A stretch of DNA of 64,000 nucleotides from an uncultured Planctomycetia bacterium (lineage in GTDB: Bacteria > Omnitrophota > Gorgyraeia > Gorgyraeales > Gorgyraeaceae). Below, one piece after another: positions 53,201 to 62,200 of this stretch. The stretch spans positions 83,152 through 147,151 of the forward strand of contig CAZMID010000001.1 of NCBI GenBank assembly GCA_964566255.1, written 5' to 3'. Position 1 is the first letter of the stretch. Each line of letters opens with the position of its first letter. Under the pieces are notes generated by a model that was not told the origin of the DNA, did no database searches, and was given only the letters and a program-made list of their open reading frames with translations. Position numbers and translations under genes: made by a program.

Positions 53201-56200
53201 GGAGTCTCCAAATCTCCATCTGTAGCATAATATAACCTTACATTATTAATAACGCCAGTTGTACTCCATTCAATAGGATGCTGTGTTCCAACCTTCCAGG
53301 TTACTGTACTATTAGGAGATGTTACTGCCAGGCTTCCTCGTTTTAAACTAAAAGTACTTGAATCTACATAAGCATATGTAGTACTATCACTAGCATCTGA
53401 TATTCTGACTTTTGCAGTAGTCGTAGAAAGACCTGCTGTTATATTCCAAACTTCAGAATGATCATTTGTAGCGGTATAATCACCTTCGTTAATCTCTGTC
53501 CAACTCCCTGAACCTGTAAGTGAATATTCTATTGTTACAGTATCTGCACTTACCCCTGCAGTAGTCGTCCATCCAATAACATAAGCAGTTCCTGCTGTAA
53601 GAATTATATCTGCTGGAGGAGTAGTAACAGTAAAAGGTGTAGCTATAGTTGTAGCATCAGTAACAGCATATATGTTCGAATCTGAAGAATGTGCTACTTT
53701 TATAAGTACATTAGCACTTGGCGTATTCTCTACTGCCCAAGGCCCATCATCACCTGTACCTGTACCATTATATTCATCATCATTAGTCACAGAAGTTTTA
53801 ATATTAGTCCAGTTAGTTCCTCCATCAATAGAATAAGATATATTCACGCTTGCTACTGTACCAGTAGTAGTCCATCCAATATCATAGGAATTACCGCAAA
53901 TAAAAGTAGTTCTTTCTGTATCTCCACCAGCATCAGTTATTGTAACTGCAGTTAAGCTACCTGCACCTACTGTAAAACTATTATCAGAAATATCATAGAC
54001 ATTTGCCTCATTATCTGCATCAGTTACTTTTATATAGACGTTGTTTGACTGATGTCCACCAGAAGGACTCCATTCATAAGAAGTTCCTGAAGTTGTAGCA
54101 AGTGCTTCACCCCAAACATCTCCTTCTGCACCTGTAGTTGAACAATATACCTTTACATCACCAAGGGTCCCTGTCTTAGTAAATGTAATATTACGAGCTG
54201 TTCCTACAGGCCAGCCTATACCTTCATCATTAGGATAGGTCAGAGCCAACACACCTCTTATATTAAATGTATCTGATAGATCTAATACACTTTCTTCAAC
54301 TGCTCCATTAAGTACTGCAGCTACCTTTATTTTACAATCCTCTGATATAGCATCAGCTACTGTCCAATCATATGTATTAGCCCCATCTGAATTAGCAATA
54401 GCAACAGGTGTTATAAGTGTCCATGTTGGAGTCCCAGCACTTGCATCAGTAGAATACCAGAGTTTTACTTCTGTAATACCACCTGATGATGTCCATGCAA
54501 TCTCAGGAGTAGAATCTACATTGAGTGTTGCACCAGAAGCAGGTGTAGTAATTTCAAAAGTAGGATTAAGTACCCAGTTAGTATTATTGCCTGAATCAAA
54601 ACAATTAGTACCTATACGCTCTGCTGTTAATGTAGAATCCTTTATATCAGCATAGGATACACTTACAGCTGCTGGAGCTAGAGTATGTGTTAGACCAGCT
54701 ATAGGACTACGTATTTGTACTCGGTCTGCTCCGGCTCCTCCTGTAATAGTAAAGGTGCCTGTCATTGTCTGAGTCTCACCTTGTTTAAACTGAAGTACCT
54801 TACCTTCAGAAGTACATGAAAAATTATAGAATGTAAATGGACCGTCTATAATTGAAATACTTCCTGATGTACCTGATATGGTAACGTTTCTGCTGTTATG
54901 AGTGAACGTTCCTGCTGTGAGTGTAAGGTTCCCCTTAACATCCAAAGTATCCTGCAAGGTCCAGGTAGTATCAGCATCATTAAATGTAAGATGATTTAGA
55001 GTCTGGCCTCCTGCTTTAACAGTCTTTGCACCTGTTGAAGAGGTCATATTCACTGTAGATGTACCTGAAGTGAGTGCAATATTAGTAAAATCTAATGATC
55101 CACTACAGTTAATAGTGGAGGACTCCATGTTCATAGCCTGTGTCCCTGTGGGCGTACCTGAATAGGCCTTTGATATATTAGCTATACTATGAGTGCCACC
55201 ATCTAGACGTAAGTCTGCACCATAAGTAATTTGAGCATCATGGCCTAATTTTAAATCTCCGCAACTAAGGTTATTTCCATCTAAATCTATAAAACTATCC
55301 TGTGCAGGTGTCTCATAAAATGCTACAGTATTATTACTAAAGTTCCAATTACCAAGGGCAGTAATGCCTCCCTGAGTAGTAGCTTTAACATATACCTTTC
55401 CTGAAACTAAACTATCAGGAAGCTGGAATGCTATCTGTGATGTAAGGGCTTCAAGATAGATATTTCCTAAGGTACTACTAACTGTAGTTGCTCCTGCTGG
55501 AGAAATCATGCCACTCAATGCTCCATAAAGATATATATCATTTGTAGCGCCTGCTATAGTACCATCTGCAAGAGTCAATTTATTAGCATGGATATCTCCA
55601 TCAAGCGTACTAGTAACACCAGTTGAGGCAAGAACTAAATCATTAATCTTACTTCCTGAATGTTGACAGTTTATAGTTCCACTAGCAGTTTGAGTCCACG
55701 TACCAGTAGAAGTAAGTAGATCTGTTACAGCTGCAGTTGATAGATTTACAAAACTGACTGTCTTTGCATTATCGATAAGTTTTCCTAAAGTTAAAGTAAG
55801 ATTATTACTTACTGTAAGATTCTTCTGCAATGTCCATTCTCCCTCTGAACCATTAACTGTCATATTATAGAAAGAGTTAACTATAGGTATATCGATAGTC
55901 TTTCCACTAGAAGTGCCATTAAATACTACAGTAGAAGTTGCTGGCGTAAAAGTAGTAGCAATAACAAAGCTTCCTGAACAATTAATTGTCTTTGTGCCTG
56001 TTACTGTAGCAGTATCATCAACAGTAAAATCCCCTGTTATGGTAAATGGACCCGCACCACTAAAATTTACAGTATCAAATGTAATATCACCTGTAGTAAA
56101 AGTCTGAGCAGCTGCGCCATTAAGGGTTATTGTAGTAGTCTCAAAATGTGTGAAGGTATTACTAGCACTTACATTCAAATGACGACCAACTAACAAGGTA

Positions 56201-59200
56201 TTAGTATCTACTGTAAAAGTACCACCGCTACCACTAAAAATTAAATCTCTAACGACTGTCATTGAGGTTCCTGCTGTTATTGTGTACTGACGTGTAGATG
56301 TCCCAGATGCAATAAGGTCTCGCCCAACATAAACTGTGTTATTATTATCACTAAATGTACCTTGGGTAAGTGTAAGGTCATTTTCAACCCTTAAATTATT
56401 CGTTGTAGACCAACTACCACTTGCACCATTAAAAATAAGATTATAGAATTTATTTAATGTTGGGCTACCTCCACTATAAACAGGAATATTTACAGTATTA
56501 CCTGAATCTGTAGCAGTAAAAGTAGCACTAGATGTACCAGGTGTAAATTGTGTACTTACAGCAAGGTTTCCACCTAAAGTAAGTGTCTGAGTTGCACCAT
56601 TCATATTCAATGTTGCTATGCTAAAATTTCCTGGTATAGCAATATTAGCATTATCATCTGTCATATTAAGGGTGCCTGTTGATGAACTAACCGTACCATA
56701 AGTAAGGTCCATATCTCCTGCAACTGAAGTAGCACCTGTCCCAAAATTAACATAACCATGGGTGTATTCACCAGGTACATAGAGATTCCCACCGATAGAA
56801 TGTGTACCTGATGAAAATAGAACCTCTCCATAAAGGGCATTTGGATAACTTCCACTATTAAAACCTAACTGTAAATTACCAGTTACTGTAAGATTATTAC
56901 CATTGGTATTAAGCGTAGCCTTTGAACCTGTTCCAGAACTTCCATATATAATAAGGTTCCCACCAACACTCCAATTACCAGTCATAGTAAGGGTGAGATT
57001 ATTAGTCCAGTTATATTGTACATTCCCACCAAAAGTAAGGGCTCCTTGACTTCTGGCAGCATTTATTCGCATACTAACCTCTGAAGAAATAGTAGCACCT
57101 GAGCCTTGAGTAATAAAATTATTTATAGCTGGATTATACAAAGTCACCATTGAACCAGTAATTGTAGAATTTGTTCCTAATATAAGACGTTTGGCACAGG
57201 TTTCAGCTGTCAAAGTCGCTGTTACGCTATTAGCTATTTGATAAGTGCTAAATGTATTAGAGCTTTCTTGTGAATTTGAAACATTACCACTTGCAGTCTG
57301 GTTCCATATACCAGTTGAAGTCAGACGAGACGCCTCATCAGCAATAGTAGCATTCACAAAATTAACTGTTCTTCCATTATCGACAAGCGTTCCATCATTA
57401 ACAATAATAGTCCCTGTTGAAGTAAGGTTTTGACCTCCGGTAGCACTTAATGTAACTGTACCAGTATAACCATCCTGCATACTGAAATTCGTTACTGCAA
57501 GTGCCTGGTTCACTGAGCAATCAGCTGTAGAAGTGCTATTAAATATTACATTATCACTTGCACCTGGAACACTTTCTGTTGACCAGTTACCTGCTGTTGC
57601 AAATAAACCATTTCCTGCACCATTTGTCCAGATAACATCATTGGCTAAGCCAAAATACCAGTTTGTATTATTCCCTGAATTAGTTGATGATATAGTTGCA
57701 ATAGCATTTCCACTGGATGCGTTTGAATCCTGGACATCCAGATAACTCATTCCTACAGCTATGCCTGATAGATTTATATTCCATGCATTTCCTGCAGAAG
57801 TACTATCTAATGTAATAAGATTTCCATCGGCACCTGTAAAGGTAAGATTCCCTGCTACAGTTACAGTCTTACCTGCTACAAAAGTAAGAGGCTTACCTGC
57901 TACAGTACAATTAAGGTTATAGAAAGGTGCTGTATTAAGAGCATCTCCCTCTTTATCATAATCATAGTCGATAATAGAATATATGGTTGCAGCGCCTGCA
58001 GTTGTAAGATTTACTGTAGATGTTCCTACATCAGTAACAGTGGAATACCTAAAATCTACATCCCCTGCTACATTTATAGTACCTGAACCGAAATTAATAT
58101 AACCATGGGTATATTGGCCAGCTGTATAAAGCTTTCCGCCAATAGTATGGGTACCTGATGAAAAAAGAATCTCTCCATAATACTTATCCAGATAAGATAC
58201 ATTATTAAGACCCAAACGTAAATCACCTGTTATTGTAAGGTTATTACCATTGGTATCAAGGGTATTTTTGATCTGTCCGTATCCTCCATATATCCTTAGG
58301 TCTCCACCTACATTCCAATTACCAGTCATAGTAAGTGTTTTATTTCCGCCGGAAACACTTACATTAGATCCAGCAGCAGTAGTTATGGTTCCTTGAGTTA
58401 TATTCGTACCCATATTATACCAAGCAATATTCGAATTAATAGTAGCACCTGAACCCTGAGTAAAAGAATCATTTACAGTAGGAGCCCACAGATAAAGTGT
58501 ACTACCATTAACTGTACTATTAGCACCTAATATAATTCTTTGTGCATAAGTAGCACCTGTTAAAGTGGCGGTCACACCACTAGCCACTTCATAAATATAC
58601 AATGGATAATTGCCGTATGTACTTATTATCGTCCCATCTGCAGTCTGTTTAAAGGTACCAGTTGATGCAATACGATTTGCTTCATGATCAATGGCTAAAT
58701 TTACAAAATTTATTGTCCTTCCATTATCATCAAGAGTTCCATTTTGAAGAGTAATAGTATCAGTTACAGTAAGGTCTTCATCTGCAGTAGGGCTTAATGT
58801 AACTGTCCCTGTATAATCATCATTTAAGGTAAGGTTTGCTATTGTATATGGATCAGTTACTGAACAGTTATCTGTAGAAGCAGAACTGAACATCACTGTA
58901 TCACCTGCACCAGGAACGCTTCCTGTTGACCAGTTGCCTGCACTTGAAAATAAACCATCTCCTGCACCATTTGTCCAGACTGTCTCCCCTGCACTACCAA
59001 AATACCAGTTTGTATTACCTGTTGAATCTGTAGAAGATAATGTTGCAATACCATTACCACTAGATGCATCAGAATCTTTAACATCTAAATAAGCACAATC
59101 TAAGGAATTTCCAGAAAGGTTTAAATTCCATGCAGTACCATCAGAGCTACTACGTAATGTAATATCATTATCTGTTCCAGATGTACCTGTAAGAGTAAGA

Positions 59201-62200
59201 TCATTTGCAATAGTTACAGTCTTCCCCGCCTCAAAGTTAATCTGCTTGTCAGGCTCAGTACAGGTGAGGTTATGGAAAGGTATATTACTAAAATCATCAG
59301 CGTATAAAGTCGCAGTATCTGCGCCTATCAAAGTAACAGTAGAGGTTCCTATAGTAACATCAGAATGACTGAAATCAATATCCCCTCCCACAGATACAGT
59401 GCCTGAGCCTAAATTAATAGTACCTGCTGTATTTGCTCCATGTACATAGAGACTACCTCCTATAGAATGTGTACCAGATGAGAAAAGGATTCCTCCATAT
59501 ATACGGTCCTCGTAAGATGGATGGCTATAACCCAACCGCAAATTATCACTCACTGTAAGAGTATTAGCATTAGTATCAAGAGTGCAAATTGATCCTATAC
59601 CTTCAGTCCAAACTCCATATATAGTAAGATTTCCAGTAATATCCCAATTACCATTCATGGTGATGGTACCAGCATAATCTACCATACTTACATTCCCAGA
59701 AATAGTAAGAGCTCCTAAACTTTTACTGCCAGTAGCAAAAGTAATATTCGAAGAAATTGTAGCACTTGAATCTTGAACAATAAAATTATTTACAGTAGGT
59801 CTTATAAAAATAGTACCGCCAGTAACTGTAGAATTAGCTCCTAAGACAAGTTTTTTGAAATAGCTAGTACCAGATATTGTCCCAGTTACTTCATCAGCCA
59901 ATTCATAATTAAATTTATTACTATGATTTTTTGGATTCGAAACAGTACCGCTTGCTGTCTGGTTCCATATACCAGTAGAAGTTAGGCGGGTTGCTTCATT
60001 GTCAATTGCCACATTTACAAAATTAACAGTCCTTCCATTATCAATTACTTTTCCATTCTGTAAAGTAACAGTGTCACTTACAGTAAGGTTCTGGCCTCCT
60101 GTAGTACTCAAGGAAACTTTCCCTGTTGTAGCATAACTATCTGATGTTGCAAAGTCATCTGCAAGTGTAAGGTTTGCTATTTCATATGATGCACCAGTTA
60201 AAGAACAATTTGCAGTTGAAAAATCACTGTCAAATATTACATTACTGCTTGAAGTTGGTACACTTCCTGTTGACCAGTTAGCAGCAGTTCCAAATAATCC
60301 ATCTCCTGAATTATTAGTCCAGTAGGTGTCATTAGCTGAACCAAAAACCCAACCAGTATTACCTGTAGAATCTGTTGAATTTAGAGTTACAATGTCATCT
60401 CCTGAAGAAGCATTTGAATCCTCAACATCTAAGTAATTCATTCCTGTAGCTGCGCCTGATACATTAAGATTCCATGCAGTATCAGGTGTAGTACTGTCTA
60501 ATGTAATAAGATTTCCATCGGCACCTGTAAAGGTAAGGTTATTTGCTATTGTAACAGTCTTACTTGCTTCAAAAGTAAGAGCCTTACCAGCAGTAGTGCA
60601 TGTCAGGTTATAAAAAGGAGTAGTATTTATATCATCACCGGTTGTACAAGCATACAATCTTGAGTCATCGGTTATAGTAACAGTAGATGTTCCTTCTACA
60701 ACAGTAGCCCTTCTAAAATTAACATTACCTCCTACTGAAATAGTGCCTGATCCTAAATTGAAAGTACCAGCGGTATCTGCATCAGCATAAACATACATAT
60801 TGCCGCCTATGGAATGAGTGCCTGATGAAAAGAGGATCTCACCTAAGTCGCTATTTGCAGTAACAGTTGCATCACCCAGTCGCAAATAACCACTTACTGT
60901 AAGATTATTACCATTGGTATCAAGAGTGGCCTTTGAGCCAGCGGCAGGTCTTCCATGTATCGTAAGGTTCCCTCCAACAGTCCAGTTACCAGTCATGGTA
61001 ACAGTAACACTATCTGCTTCTTTGATATTTAAATCTCCAGAAGTAGTAATAGCACCTTGTGTCCTACTATGATTTAATTGCATATAAACTGTACAAGAAA
61101 TAGTAGTGCCTGTCCCCTGAGTAATACAATCATCAAAAGTAGCCTTAGTGTATGGATATAATTTAAGAATTGAACCACCAGTAATAGTAGAATTATTTCC
61201 TAAGATAAGTCGAGCTGCATGGGTAAGGCCTGTTAAGGTTGCTGTTACACTTGCATCTATTTCAAGTGTACGAATAGGATTTGTATAGTGTGCATTTCTT
61301 ATAGTACCACTTGCTGTTTGTTTAAAAGTGCCATTTGAACTTAATCGTCCGGTTTCATAAGCAATAGAAAGATTTACAATATTTACTTGTCTTGAATTAT
61401 CATTAAATGTTCCATCAGCAATACTAATAGTATCTGTTACAGTAAGGTCCTGATCTGCAGTACCACTTAATGTAACTGTGCCAGTATAACCATCTTGCAT
61501 TGTGAAATTCGCTACTGTAGGTGTTGCACCAGCCAAAGAACAGTCAGCTGTGGAAGCAGAGCTAAACATTGCTGTATCCCCTGCACCAGGTACTGCTCCT
61601 GTTGACCAGTTACCTGCAGTTGAGAACAATCCGTCTCCTCCCGCATTTGTCCAAACTACTTCACCAGCTGATCCAAAATACCAGTTAGTGTTACCTGTTG
61701 AATCTGTAGAAGATATAGTCGCAATAGCATTTCCACTAGATGCATCAGAATTCTTAACGTCTAAATAAGCACAATTTAAGGAATTTCCTGAAAGATTAAG
61801 ATTCCAAGTAGTGGCACCACCTGTTACACTATCTAAAGTTATAAGATTACCATCTGCGCCAGTAAAGGTAAGATCATTGGCAACAGTTACAGTTTTGCCA
61901 TCTTCAAAGTCAATGGTTTGACCAGCTGTAGTAGAGATTAAGTTATAGAAAGGTGCTGTATTAAGAGGATCTCCTCCATCCTTATAAGTATAATCAACTA
62001 TAGAATATATAGTTGGAGTTGCACCTGTCAATGTTACAGTGGAAGTTCCTACAGTAACAGAAGCATATCTAAAATCAATATCTCCTCCCACTGAAACCGT
62101 ACCTGAACCCAAATTAAAATGACCGTGAGTGTATTGGCCTTCTACATAGATCTTTCCACCAATGGAGTGAGTTCCTGATGAAAATAGAATTGCACCCTGA

